The notes under the pieces were generated by a model. It saw only the letters and a program-made list of their open reading frames with translations, searched no databases and was not told where the DNA came from. The position numbers and the translations under genes are program-made. From Promethearchaeota archaeon (GTDB taxonomy: Archaea > Asgardarchaeota > Lokiarchaeia > Sigyniarchaeales > SOKP01), in NCBI GenBank assembly GCA_019058365.1, contig JAHPZE010000030.1:1-52838 (forward strand): a DNA stretch of 52,838 bases, read 5' to 3'. Positions within the stretch are counted from its first letter, which is position 1, and every line of letters starts with the position of its first letter. Below, piece by piece: positions 37,481 to 48,189 of the stretch.

Positions 37481-38716
37481 TCAGGATTTTTTAAGATAAT
37501 TAAAAGCAGTTATTGCAAAGATTTTAGTTACATTAATTACATCATTGATATAGACAAACTCATCTTGGGCATGATAATTATTATCTCCCCGAAGAGGTCC
37601 AATTAAAATAGTTTCTATTCCATTTTCCTGAAATAATTGAGCATCTGTAGTTGGTAAAAAAGTCTTAAAATCTCTTTCTTCTTTAAATACAGTTTTGAAT
37701 GCTTTTTTTACTGCAAGGGCGAAGGTAGATTTTGTATCTGCTATTTGTGGTTTAATATAAGCTCCTATTTGAGCAGTAATATTTAAGTTAGGATCTTCTT
37801 TCTTAAGAGATTCTACAAAATTAAAAATTCTTACCTTAATACTCTCGATATCCATTTCTGGAATGACCGTAATCATACATTGCAAAACACAATTATCTGG
37901 AATTGTGTTCACTGAATTTCCTCCATTTATCAATGTAAAATTTACTGAACTTACTTTCGATGGAAGATCAGGAGGGAGAGGGTATTTAGTTTCCAATTGT
38001 TTGAATTCTTCTTGTAGTTCCATTAGGAAATTCATAATCTTTACCATCTTTGCAATGGCGTTTATTCCTGAATATTTATTTCGATTGGGCGGAGCTAAAT
38101 CTGGATAGGCTTGCGCATGTCGTCGTATTCCTTGAATGATAAAACTCATCTGCAGTGCCCCCCCAAGATAGGCAATTGGATAATTAGAACAAACATCACC
38201 TAATAAACAAGCATCTCCAGTAATGATTTTATCCTTAACAAGATATTCAGAACCAAGTAATCCACCTATTTCCTCGTTAATTACAGCAGTTAAGATTAAT
38301 TTTCCATTTAAGTTTATTGCGAGATCTAATAAAGCTTTTGTTGCGAAGATTTCTGCAGCTACGCATGCCTTATCATCAGCAGCTCCACGTCCATAGATTT
38401 TATTTCCAACAATCTCTCCTCCATGTGGATCTTTAGTCCAACCATCAAGCGAGGCAACTGTGTCAATATGAGCATTGAATATTAGAGATGGTCCATTCTC
38501 ATTTCCTATTTCTCCGATAATGTTCTTCCTTTTAACTTTTGTATTTATTCGAAATTCAATCATCTTAGATTCAACAAATTTCGATATATCTTTATACTTT
38601 CCCGGTGGTACTTCAGAAGGAATCTTAACCAAATCTTGAAGAAATTGGATTATTTCATCTTTCATGGTATCTATTTTTTCCATAATTGCCTTTTCCATAT
38701 CATCCATTATTTTCAC
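37481..38716 (-). CDS. M20 ArgE/DapE-family deacylase or peptidase
   Basis: NAHIDTV, YGRGAADDK, NEEIGG, HAQDE. Confidence 0.88.
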   Translation of the reverse strand: MKIMDDMEKAIMEKIDTMKDEIIQFLQDLVKIPSEVPPGKYKDISKFVESKMIEFRINTKVKRKNIIGEIGNENGPSLIFNAHIDTVASLDGWTKDPHGGEIVGNKIYGRGAADDKACVAAEIFATKALLDLAINLNGKLILTAVINEEIGGLLGSEYLVKDKIITGDACLLGDVCSNYPIAYLGGALQMSFIIQGIRRHAQAYPDLAPPNRNKYSGINAIAKMVKIMNFLMELQEEFKQLETKYPLPPDLPSKVSSVNFTLINGGNSVNTIPDNCVLQCMITVIPEMDIESIKVRIFNFVESLKKEDPNLNITAQIGAYIKPQIADTKSTFALAVKKAFKTVFKEERDFKTFLPTTDAQLFQENGIETILIGPLRGDNNYHAQDEFVYINDVINVTKIFAITAFNYLKKS

Positions 38717-38834
38717 GAGTTATTTTATAATTTTTAATAAAAATAAAAATGTTATTATCTATATAAAGTATTTTCTGATGGAACTATAAGCTTATAGAGA
38801 AAATAAATTATAAAGAAAATTGTAAGAATTTAGA

Positions 38835-39209
38835 TTATAATATTGCTATTGCATCAATTTCAATTAATCCGTATGGGAGAGGACATGTTGCCTCAATTGT
38901 AGTTCTTGTAGGAAATTTTTCAGATACACCATTTTGCTCAAAAAATTCTTTATAGGCATTATTCATCTCATTGAAATCAGTTATATTTTTTAAAAATACA
39001 GTTACCTTCACTAAGTTGGAAACTTTTGCTCCCGCGGCTTCTAATATTTTTTTGATTTTTTCAAAAGCAGCAAATGTTTGACTCTTTATATCTCTCGCTT
39101 CTGGAGTTGCAACTTGTCCTGATATAAAAATAAGATTATTAGTCTTTATACCAAGATTATAGGGTCCAGCTTTAGGCGCTCCAGTATCAATTACTTCAAA
39201 ATTAACCAT
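38835..39209 (-). CDS. ridA: RidA-family enamine/imine deaminase
   Basis: GPY, ISGQ, VKVTVFL, MNNAY, PTRTT (catalytic Arg), IEIDAIA; start moved to MVNFE behind a GGTGA SD. Confidence 0.85.
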   Translation of the reverse strand: MVNFEVIDTGAPKAGPYNLGIKTNNLIFISGQVATPEARDIKSQTFAAFEKIKKILEAAGAKVSNLVKVTVFLKNITDFNEMNNAYKEFFEQNGVSEKFPTRTTIEATCPLPYGLIEIDAIAIL

Positions 39210-39447
39210 TTTGATTATCACCAAGAAAGTTTTTAATAATTTTTTATTTAATTGTTTGATATTGATAATTACGATTAACCCATAATAATAAAATTTATTT
39301 ATTGTCGTATATGAGTCAAACAAATCCAAATTTAATTAAGTTTTAATAAAATTCTTTTTTTAATGAATTAAACTTAATTATAATTAAAGTTGTACACACT
39401 TTTTTGGTTTTAAACCAGTAAATGCGTTCTATAAAGATTGAAATATC

Positions 39448-41247
39448 TTGAAAGCAAATAAAGATAATATTTGGATATTTACTTTTGAATACGCTGGAAT
39501 TGTGAAAGTAGGTGGTCTTGGAGAAGTACCTGCAAATCAAGCTAAGCATCTAGCTAATGATTATAACATTACAGTATTTATTCCTTCACATGGTCAATTA
39601 CAGAATCTAGATAAAACTCTTGTATGGGAAAAATTGCCATTTAATTGTGTTGGACAAATAAATCCTTCTCAATTTGGTGTTATTGAACCAGAAGCTACAT
39701 ACAATATTTCATTTTACAAATCGAAAATAAACAATGTAAATATTATTTTATTACACGGGGAAAATCCATTTACTATTAGATTTTTAGATGATAAAATTGT
39801 ATATAATCCAGATACGCTGAGTGGAAAAATTTCTCTCTTTGCTATAGGAATGCGTTGTTTTGTTGATTTTTTAATTGATTATCGAAAAGAAGAATTACCT
39901 GATATAATTCATATTCATGATTATCATGCTGTCATACCATTTATTGGAATAAAACAAATAATGGCGAAAAATGGCTTAGATGTAGCCTCATTGATTACAA
40001 TTCATTTGTTAACTTGGCCTAGATACGGAATTGATTTTTATAGAACGTGTGAAATTGATGATACTCCTATTTCTATTCATTTAAAAGAAGGGCTTAAACC
40101 ATTAAATCTAAATGAAATTTTCTCAATCTGTGAAAAAATTAGTGGAAAGTATCAGCCACCATCTGTAGAGCAAGTTGGAGCTTTTGTTAGTGATTTGGTG
40201 ACAACAGTAAGTCAATCCTATTTGAAATCAGATATAATCCCTAACTGCGGCAAAGAATTAATTGAATTCAAATCTAATTTTGTCTGGGATGGATGTGATT
40301 GGGATTATAATGAAATCTATCAGAATGTATTAAAAAATAATGAACATGAAATAAGGGATATTTTGCTTGTATCAGATGAAAAAGATTTAACCTTATCTGA
40401 TATGAAACAGTATTTATTGACCTATAAATTATCGCATTTAGATAGAAGTCCATTAATTCAATCAGAAAAAGTATTGAATATAATTAATGAGATTTCAAAT
40501 GGAAATGAATTTGTTAGAAATGGATATATTAAAGCTTTTGAAGAATCAGGGCCTTTAATAATTACTACTGGAAGAATATCACCACAAAAAGGTTTTGAAA
40601 CAATTCTTGAGGCGATACCTGAAGTATTAAAAGTAATTCCTAATGCTAAATTCTTATTTCTCATATTACCGACCGATTATAGTATAAATGAAATAAAGAT
40701 CTATGCTCAATATGTCAAAAAGTATCCTAACAATCTAAGGATCATATTTGGAGTAGCTATAGATATATTTTATCTAGCGCATATTTCATCGGATGTTTAT
40801 TGTGCTTTATCCCGGTGGGAACCATTTGGTATCATCGCTTTAGAAGCAATGTCTGCTAAATTACCAGTAATTGCAACAAAAGTGGGGGGATTTCAAGAAT
40901 CTATAATAGATATTAGAAATTTTCCTGAAATAGGTACAGGTATTTTAATTGATAAAGATAATCCAGCTCAATTTGCAGATGCACTTATCTCTCTTTTTAA
41001 ATTAAAGGAAATTTCTGAGAAAGTAAAAGAAAAGGAAGCTATTTATGAAACTGAAAATTTTCAATTAGTTAATCAGATTCCTGATAAAATACTTGAATCC
41101 TTAGTATTATTAGATCCAAATTATTACAATAAGATTAAAGAAAATTGCTATAAAAGAGTAGAACATAACTTTAGATGGAAAACTGTTTCTATGAAATTAA
41201 TCGAGTTGTATACTTTGATAAAGAATCTTCGCTCATCATACACTTAA
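39448..41247 (+). CDS. glgA: Glycogen synthase (GT-B)
   Basis: KVGGLG, HIHDYH, TTVSQSY, GRISPQKG, SRWEPFG, VGGFQE. Confidence 0.85.
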   Translation: MKANKDNIWIFTFEYAGIVKVGGLGEVPANQAKHLANDYNITVFIPSHGQLQNLDKTLVWEKLPFNCVGQINPSQFGVIEPEATYNISFYKSKINNVNIILLHGENPFTIRFLDDKIVYNPDTLSGKISLFAIGMRCFVDFLIDYRKEELPDIIHIHDYHAVIPFIGIKQIMAKNGLDVASLITIHLLTWPRYGIDFYRTCEIDDTPISIHLKEGLKPLNLNEIFSICEKISGKYQPPSVEQVGAFVSDLVTTVSQSYLKSDIIPNCGKELIEFKSNFVWDGCDWDYNEIYQNVLKNNEHEIRDILLVSDEKDLTLSDMKQYLLTYKLSHLDRSPLIQSEKVLNIINEISNGNEFVRNGYIKAFEESGPLIITTGRISPQKGFETILEAIPEVLKVIPNAKFLFLILPTDYSINEIKIYAQYVKKYPNNLRIIFGVAIDIFYLAHISSDVYCALSRWEPFGIIALEAMSAKLPVIATKVGGFQESIIDIRNFPEIGTGILIDKDNPAQFADALISLFKLKEISEKVKEKEAIYETENFQLVNQIPDKILESLVLLDPNYYNKIKENCYKRVEHNFRWKTVSMKLIELYTLIKNLRSSYT

Positions 41248-41259
41248 GGAGCTAGACTT

Positions 41260-42450
41260 TTGATTATTTTAAAAAGATCTGTTATGTTTATTTTAGGAAC
41301 TGTTTTCTTCATAAATCTTACTATTATGATGTTGTATACTTATTTACCTCAATATTTATTATTTATAGGTACAGAATCTCCAATTATTACTTTAGCGATG
41401 ACTTTTGCAATGTCTACTTTTTTTATTTTCCCACCACTATTAGGTATGTATTCAGATAAACTCCAGAATAGAATTTATTTTATTTTTATTAGTCCTAGCG
41501 GAATGCTTATTACTTTAATTTTACTTCTTTTTACCAGAAACATAATTGTATTAAATGTACTAATATTTGTTTTTGGTTTTTTTACTTCATTTATAACTAT
41601 TTATTTTACTCTTTTTAGTGAATTAGTACAGAATGATAAAAAATGGATATCTTATTATAATTCGGTATGCGCAATGGGAAGTTTTATAGGTGTAATGATA
41701 GGTGGTATTTTGATCACCAATTTTAGAATTGAAAATTTATTCCTATTTACATTAGTCACTTTCATATCGAGTATCATTTTAAATATGTTTATTAGAGAAA
41801 AAAGGCAATTAATTTTGGATAATAATCTAGAAATATCTGAGAATATTGATAAAAAAGTAACAAAAGATATTCTCGAGGAAGTTAATATCTCTAAATCAAT
41901 ATATTATAGCCTATTTTTTAGGAATTTTGCCGTTATTCCAATCGTGAATATTATTGTAATTCTCATGGGTTTTTCCATACCTAACAATATTGAAATCGCA
42001 TTTTTAGTCGGAATAAATCCCTTATTTCAATTTTTCATAATGCCATTTATAGGAAAGAAATTAAATCAGAAAAATATTAAGGCTGTTATGATTTTAGGAT
42101 ATAGTTTATCATTTATAGTTATAATTGGGTATATTATATCCGTCGATTTTTGGAGCTTTTTAGTTTTTCAAGTTTTAGTCTCTTTAAGTTATTCAATGTT
42201 TTGGATCGCAACGACAGTCTATATTGCTCAAAATTCAACTCCTAATAATAAAGGACGCTTTATGGGATATGCTACTTCTAGTATTTTTGCTGGTACGACA
42301 ATAGGAGGATTATTTTTCAGTCTATTATTAGCAGTTTTCAACTCGAATTATTATATATCCATGTCATTTATGATTATTTTTCCGATTATTTCTACGTTAA
42401 TTATATCTTTAAAATTTAAAAACCAATTATATTTTTACGAGGAAAATTAA
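41260..42450 (+). CDS. MFS transporter (tandem paralog 1)
   Basis: 12 TM helices; GMYSDKLQNR; TTG start with AGGAG SD. Confidence 0.85.
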   Translation: MIILKRSVMFILGTVFFINLTIMMLYTYLPQYLLFIGTESPIITLAMTFAMSTFFIFPPLLGMYSDKLQNRIYFIFISPSGMLITLILLLFTRNIIVLNVLIFVFGFFTSFITIYFTLFSELVQNDKKWISYYNSVCAMGSFIGVMIGGILITNFRIENLFLFTLVTFISSIILNMFIREKRQLILDNNLEISENIDKKVTKDILEEVNISKSIYYSLFFRNFAVIPIVNIIVILMGFSIPNNIEIAFLVGINPLFQFFIMPFIGKKLNQKNIKAVMILGYSLSFIVIIGYIISVDFWSFLVFQVLVSLSYSMFWIATTVYIAQNSTPNNKGRFMGYATSSIFAGTTIGGLFFSLLLAVFNSNYYISMSFMIIFPIISTLIISLKFKNQLYFYEEN

Positions 42451-42546
42451 CTCTACCGCTGCAAAAAAGGCTCTTAATTCACAAATTATTTAATAAAGTA
42501 ATTATTGTTAACTTTTTTAATATATTTACTAAATTGGGATAATAAT

Positions 42547-43719
42547 TTGATCTTATCAAAAAAGTCAATTATTTTAATTTTATTATCTGTTTTTATTATT
42601 AATACAGCCGCAATTATAGCTTATACTTATGTGCCTAAATATTTATTATTTTTAGGTATAGAAAAACCATTAATGCAGCTTATAATTACAATTTTTCCTT
42701 TAACTGCTTTTGTTTTTCCACCTTTCTTTGGTTTTTATTCAGATAAAATTCAAAATAGGTACATTTTTATTTTATTGGGGACTATTGGTATAACTTTTGC
42801 TTATTTTTTTTTGTTTCTTACCAAGAATTTGATATTAATAGTTATTTTGTTATTTATTTTTGGTTTTTTTATGGCATCAACTACCTTATTGATGACGTTA
42901 TTTGCGGAATTAGTAGAAAATGATAAAACACTCATTTCTTACTTTAATGCTTCGGTTGTAGCTGGCTGGTTTGTTGGAGCTCAATCTGGTGGCATTTATA
43001 TTGATTTGTATACAATCGAGCATATTTTTTTATTAATTTTACTAATTTCTTTACCAAACATAATTTTAGTTGTTTTTATTAAGGAAAAGAGATCTTTGAT
43101 TTTAGAAAGGTATAACAGAAATGAAGAGAAAAATACCTATAACCTTGTTTTAAATAATATCGAAGAAGAGATCTCAATTTCTAAATCAATTTATTATGGC
43201 TTATTTTTTAGAAATTTTAGCATTAAACCAATTATGCCAATCCTAGTAATTATCATGAGTTTTTATTTAAACAATGATATAGAGATTGGATTTTTGATTG
43301 GAATAAATTTTTTATTACAATTTTTCCAGATGTTATTAATAGGTAAGATAATTAACAATAAAAATCTTAAACCTTTTATGATTATTGGGTATATTTTGAG
43401 CTCGATTGCTGTTTTCGGATATATTATATCATCTAATTTTTGGAGTTATTTACTTTTTCAATTTTTTGTTTCTTTTAGTTATTCTATGCATTGGGCAGCT
43501 ACTATAACTTATATTGCTCAGAAGACTTCACCCAAAAATAAAGGAAAGTATATGGGCTATGCTAACACTAGTGTTTTTTCAGGAAGTTTTGTAGGAGGTC
43601 TTTTATTCAGTCTATTATTATCTGCTTTTAACTCAGATTATTATATTGTTATGTATTTTATGATAATATTCCCCGCAATTTCTGCTTTTATCATTTTTGC
43701 GAAATTTAAACCAAATTAA
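42547..43719 (+). CDS. MFS transporter (tandem paralog 2)
   Basis: GFYSDKIQNR and ISKSIYYGLFFRNF shared with paralog 1; start set at TTG 42547 by alignment. Confidence 0.85.
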   Translation: MILSKKSIILILLSVFIINTAAIIAYTYVPKYLLFLGIEKPLMQLIITIFPLTAFVFPPFFGFYSDKIQNRYIFILLGTIGITFAYFFLFLTKNLILIVILLFIFGFFMASTTLLMTLFAELVENDKTLISYFNASVVAGWFVGAQSGGIYIDLYTIEHIFLLILLISLPNIILVVFIKEKRSLILERYNRNEEKNTYNLVLNNIEEEISISKSIYYGLFFRNFSIKPIMPILVIIMSFYLNNDIEIGFLIGINFLLQFFQMLLIGKIINNKNLKPFMIIGYILSSIAVFGYIISSNFWSYLLFQFFVSFSYSMHWAATITYIAQKTSPKNKGKYMGYANTSVFSGSFVGGLLFSLLLSAFNSDYYIVMYFMIIFPAISAFIIFAKFKPN

Positions 43720-43723
43720 AAAT

Positions 43724-45691
43724 TCACACCCTCTGCCAAAAAGGTGAGAGATGTTGAATTATTGCAGTAGGTTTATCAGGAATTATTGCTAATTCTTTTC
43801 TTATCCATTCTGAAATCCATTTATATTTTGCCTTAAATCTGCTATCCATGAAAATTATTGCTCCTTTATCAGAAATCTTTCTTATTGGCCTTCCTGAAGC
43901 CTGATTTGCTCTCTGAACGGCGGGGTATAAATAAGCGAAATTCCACCCTTGTCTTTTAAACACTTTATCATAATATTTTATTTTTGCTTCTACTCTAGGG
44001 GTCGGTAAATGATAAGGAAATCCAGCAATTATTACAGAATTCATAAAATCTCCTGGATAATCTTCTCCTTCTGAGTTTCTCCCCCCACATACTCCTAATA
44101 AGACAGCCCCACTATTTGAAGCCATGCTTTTAAAATCATCCACCAATATTGCATTTTCAGAGGCGGATAATCCAGGTTCCTCAATGAATAATTTTTTATT
44201 ATTCTTTTTTGCTACAATCTCTATTCCATTACCTAATAATCCTTTAAGAATTTTATATGATGCACAAAAAATACCAACATTTGCGGGGGTACAAGTTAAA
44301 ACTTCATTTATTTTTCCAATCATTTTTTTATACATATCAGGGTGTCTATTATCTCTTTTTGTATCTACTCCGTCAATAATAATAGCTTTGATATTTTTCT
44401 TACTAAATGGTGAATCAGCAATAATTCCTTTATAACTCTTGCCACACTCATTTAATCCCATTAAATTATTATAAACATAAGGGTTCACAGTTCCAGAGAG
44501 ATTTAAGCATGTATATCCTTTTTTCAAAATAGGAATAGCAATTTCTCTAGGATCTAATGCTACAATTTCAAGTGAGATTGACCGCTTTCCTTTAATTTCT
44601 TTAATATTATAACAAAAAAAATAATTATCTAATGTGTATGTTTTCAACCATTTTAACCAAAATTCTGCTAAAGAGCCAATAAAATCTCGTGAAATTTCTC
44701 CATTTGCAAGTTTTTCCTCATGAATAGATACACTGAAATCATGCAGATCTTCAACAAAATTTTTAAATCCATTAAGATCTTGAAATCCTAACTTTTTATA
44801 GATTGATTGTAACTGTTTATCTGGTTGGACTGCTTTTTCTTTAAAACGTAGATTAATTTTTTTCTCATTTAACTGATCTAACAATATTTTAACAAAACTC
44901 TGCATTAAAATGGGGGATCGATACATTTCAAGATCTTTTAAACAGAGTCTTAATGAATATGGTGTGATTTTTTGTGAATTTACTTCTGTTGCAACATCTA
45001 ATATATTATGACATTCATCTATTACTAAAATACAATTTTGAAGCTCTTGACCAATGAATTCTAAGAACGAATCTCGTATAAATGGGTTAAAAATCCATTG
45101 ATAATTGCATATGATTACTTTCATTGATTCCAGTAAAAATTTACTTAAGAAATATGGACAAAATCTTTTTTCCTTACAAAATAATATAAGATCGTCTGCA
45201 TCAATAGGTTTATTAAACAATTCTGGAGCAATTGATATTGAATTTTCGGCTTGTCCCCTTTTTTTTAACAAGTTTAAAAAATAAATACAATTTCTATTTT
45301 TCCTTAAATCTCTACAGACTGACATTGCTTCTGTTGGATTTAACTTGAGAGATAATAATGTTTCATTTAGACACATTTCATTTCTACCTCTTATCGAAAG
45401 GCCATTAAGATTTACTCCCAGTTTGTCATTTATTACTTTTTGCGAGATTTTTATCAATTCTTTGATGATTCGTCGATTTTGAGAATGTGTCCTACACATA
45501 TAAATAATTTTTAAATTCTTTTCAAAAGCTAAAGGGAGTACACTAGATAAGGCAATAATGGTTTTGCCTGTTCCGTTAGGTGCTGATAATAAAGAAATCT
45601 TTTTTGATTTTGAACTTAATTCAATCTGCTTAATAATATTTTCTTGATTTTCTCTGAATTGCTCGTAAGGAAAAAAAGATAAATAGTTTAT
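43724..45691 (-). CDS. xpd: XPD/Rad3 Fe-S helicase; start extended to an inferred ATA
   Basis: Extension adds FFPYEQFRENQ (Q motif) and APNGTGKT (Walker A); RGRNEMC, CPYF, DECHN, LSGT, SEGED, QASGRPIR. Confidence 0.92.
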   Translation of the reverse strand: MNYLSFFPYEQFRENQENIIKQIELSSKSKKISLLSAPNGTGKTIIALSSVLPLAFEKNLKIIYMCRTHSQNRRIIKELIKISQKVINDKLGVNLNGLSIRGRNEMCLNETLLSLKLNPTEAMSVCRDLRKNRNCIYFLNLLKKRGQAENSISIAPELFNKPIDADDLILFCKEKRFCPYFLSKFLLESMKVIICNYQWIFNPFIRDSFLEFIGQELQNCILVIDECHNILDVATEVNSQKITPYSLRLCLKDLEMYRSPILMQSFVKILLDQLNEKKINLRFKEKAVQPDKQLQSIYKKLGFQDLNGFKNFVEDLHDFSVSIHEEKLANGEISRDFIGSLAEFWLKWLKTYTLDNYFFCYNIKEIKGKRSISLEIVALDPREIAIPILKKGYTCLNLSGTVNPYVYNNLMGLNECGKSYKGIIADSPFSKKNIKAIIIDGVDTKRDNRHPDMYKKMIGKINEVLTCTPANVGIFCASYKILKGLLGNGIEIVAKKNNKKLFIEEPGLSASENAILVDDFKSMASNSGAVLLGVCGGRNSEGEDYPGDFMNSVIIAGFPYHLPTPRVEAKIKYYDKVFKRQGWNFAYLYPAVQRANQASGRPIRKISDKGAIIFMDSRFKAKYKWISEWIRKELAIIPDKPTAIIQHLSPFWQRV

Positions 45692-45883
45692 TTTTGTACA
45701 CCAAAATCTAATTTATGTATTTCATACTATCTAAAACCTTATATTGCTATAGACTATAAAAATTTACTTATTCCTAAATAAACATGCCTAAAATTGCATA
45801 TACTGTAGAAATTTGTTTATTATATTTACAGTCAAAAATTAATTTAAACAATATTTATATAGAAATTTGTTCAATTTACTTTT

Positions 45884-46717
45884 ATGAAATTCGAACAATT
45901 AATTTATGAAGAGAATGAGCAGATAGCAAGAATTACCCTAAATCGTCCAAAAGTTTTGAATGCCTTAAGCATGCAACTCTCTGATGAACTTGTAGCCGCT
46001 ATAGGATTGGTACGCAAATCTAGTAAATTAAATTTTCTAATAATCAGAGGAGCTGGTAATAATTTTAGTGTGGGTGATGATATCACAGAAATGCTAAAAT
46101 GGGGTGACGCGAATGGAATAACAAGGCGAGTAAGATATTATCAAAATATGGCAAATCAAATTGAAGAGTTAGATAAAATTACAATTGCAGCGGTAGATGG
46201 CTTTGCAGTTGGGGGAGGATTAGAGATTACAATGGTATGCGATTTTGTTATTGCAACAGAAAGAGCAAAGTGGGGCATGCCAGAAGTGGATGTCGGAATA
46301 ACACCTGGATGGGGCGGAACAACTAGACTATCACGCCTAATTGGAAGAAGGAGAGCAAAGGAAATTAATTTAATAGGAGCTCTTCACACTGCACAGCGAG
46401 CAGTAGATTGGAATTTATGGAATCGAGTGGTACCTAATAATCAGCTTGATATTGAAGTAGAAAAATTACTTGAGGTACTCAAATCTAAAAATCAACAAGG
46501 CTTACGACAACTAAAATTTATAATAAATAAAGGTGTTGAGTGCGATCTATACACAGCACAGGGTTTTGAAGTATTATCAGGTGCTTTAACAGGAGCAGTT
46601 AGCGGAATGTGGAAAATAAAGGATGCAGATAAAGGTGCTGGAGTAATGGGATTTTCTCAAAAAAATGAGCTTTGGAAAAAGAGAAGAAGTTTAGCTAAAA
46701 ATTTCTGGACAAGTTAG
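45884..46717 (+). CDS. Enoyl-CoA hydratase/isomerase family protein
   Basis: LNRPKVLNAL, FSVGDDI, AVGGGLE, GMPEVDVGITPGWGG. Confidence 0.9.
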   Translation: MKFEQLIYEENEQIARITLNRPKVLNALSMQLSDELVAAIGLVRKSSKLNFLIIRGAGNNFSVGDDITEMLKWGDANGITRRVRYYQNMANQIEELDKITIAAVDGFAVGGGLEITMVCDFVIATERAKWGMPEVDVGITPGWGGTTRLSRLIGRRRAKEINLIGALHTAQRAVDWNLWNRVVPNNQLDIEVEKLLEVLKSKNQQGLRQLKFIINKGVECDLYTAQGFEVLSGALTGAVSGMWKIKDADKGAGVMGFSQKNELWKKRRSLAKNFWTS

Positions 46718-46750
46718 TTTAAAAATAAAAAAATTAATTGACTTAAAAAA

Positions 46751-48187
46751 TTAATCATGTAGAATAGGTTTTCTTGCTGCTAGGACCGCATCAAGTCGTT
46801 TAACTGGAGTATTATGAGGCGCATTTTTTAGAAGTTCGGGATTCTTTTTTGCTTCTTCAAATATTTTATTCATTACCTCAACAAAATAATCTAAAGAAGA
46901 TTTTGGTTCTGTTTCAGTAGGCTCAATCATTAAAGCTCCTGGAACTATTAATGGAAAATAGATTGTTGGTGCATATATTCCATAATCAAGAATACGTTTC
47001 GCAATATCTTCTGTTGAAACGTCGTTGGGTAATCCTTGATCTGAAAGAACAAACTCATGCTGACAGATTCGATTATAGGGAAGAAAATAGTTTTGTTGTA
47101 AAAGAATTCGTAAATAATTAGCATTTAAAACTGCAATCTGACCAACTCTTTTTAATCCTTCAGCACCTAACGCTAAAATATAGGCATATGCCCTAATAAT
47201 CACTCCAAAGTTTCCCCAAAATGCTCTAATTCTTCCAATTGATTTATCATCATCATTTTTACATATTAGTCCTTTTTTAGTTGAAATTAAACATGGTTTT
47301 GGGAGGAAAGGAATCAATTCATTTACAACTCCTATTGGTCCTGATCCCGGTCCACCTCCACCATGCGGAGTTGAAAATGTTTTATGTAAATTTAAGTGCA
47401 CAATGTCAAATCCCATGTCCCGCGGACGGCATATTCCTAACATTGGATTTAAATTCGCCCCGTCATAATAACATAAACCTTCATTCTCATGCACAATTCG
47501 TGTTATTTCCTTTATTTGTTTATCAAAAACTCCTAATGTATTAGGATTAGTGAGCATAATCCCTGCAACATCACCTTCTTGCATAGCAAATTCTAATTCA
47601 TCTAAGGGAACCTCTCCAAACTCATTTGATTTTAATTCTATAATTGAAAATCCTGCCATTTTTGCTGATGCGGGATTAGTTCCGTGGGCAGAATCCGGAA
47701 CAATAATTTTTCGTTTTTTAATACCTTTACTCTCAAAAAACTTTTTTACGATTAATAAACCTGCTAATTCTCCATGGGCTCCAGCTGCAGGTTGTAAAGT
47801 AAATCCATCCATTCCAGTTATTTCTCCTAATAATTTTGAAATATGATAAAGTAGTTCAAGACAACCTTGATTTTCTTCTTGTAATGGATGAATATTGGCG
47901 AAGCCAGGTAATTTTACTATGGTTTCATTTACTTTAGGGTTATATTTCATTGTGCAAGAACCTAATGGATAAATTCCAGTATCAACTCCATAAGTTCTAT
48001 TACTTAATTTAATAAAATGACGAATAATTTCGATTTCTGGAATATTTGGAAGGGGTAACTCTTTTCTTAGTAAATTTTCTGGTAAAATTTCATTAATTTC
48101 TGTTATGTCTATATCCATTTTAGGTACAAAGTTTTGCTGGATATTTTCATTTTCTTTATCAAAAATTAAATGAATATTAAAACTCAC
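46751..48187 (-). CDS. gcvPB: Glycine dehydrogenase subunit 2
   Basis: PLGSCTMKYNP, SAHGTNPAS, HLNLHKTFSTPHGGGGPG, EPTETE. Confidence 0.95.
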   Translation of the reverse strand: MSFNIHLIFDKENENIQQNFVPKMDIDITEINEILPENLLRKELPLPNIPEIEIIRHFIKLSNRTYGVDTGIYPLGSCTMKYNPKVNETIVKLPGFANIHPLQEENQGCLELLYHISKLLGEITGMDGFTLQPAAGAHGELAGLLIVKKFFESKGIKKRKIIVPDSAHGTNPASAKMAGFSIIELKSNEFGEVPLDELEFAMQEGDVAGIMLTNPNTLGVFDKQIKEITRIVHENEGLCYYDGANLNPMLGICRPRDMGFDIVHLNLHKTFSTPHGGGGPGSGPIGVVNELIPFLPKPCLISTKKGLICKNDDDKSIGRIRAFWGNFGVIIRAYAYILALGAEGLKRVGQIAVLNANYLRILLQQNYFLPYNRICQHEFVLSDQGLPNDVSTEDIAKRILDYGIYAPTIYFPLIVPGALMIEPTETEPKSSLDYFVEVMNKIFEEAKKNPELLKNAPHNTPVKRLDAVLAARKPILHD

Positions 48188-48189
48188 TA

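Noticed and set aside
12481-43726. Other TGA stops (12483, 15335, 18899, 27824, 37481, 43724) as Sec codons
   Set aside because: They fall at plausible C-termini, not at catalytic Cys positions, and I saw no SECIS-like element behind them.
43724-43765. XPD C-terminal IQHLSPFW as a PIP box
   Set aside because: The Gln is one residue off the canonical spacing; too weak without conservation data.
1624-47846. Short ORFs antisense to or nested in longer genes (for example 1624, 3587, 3799, 7094, 9560, 14172, 14715, 20913, 22742, 24053, 24657, 36970, 44124, 47550)
   Set aside because: They shadow well-supported genes and carry no recognisable motifs.
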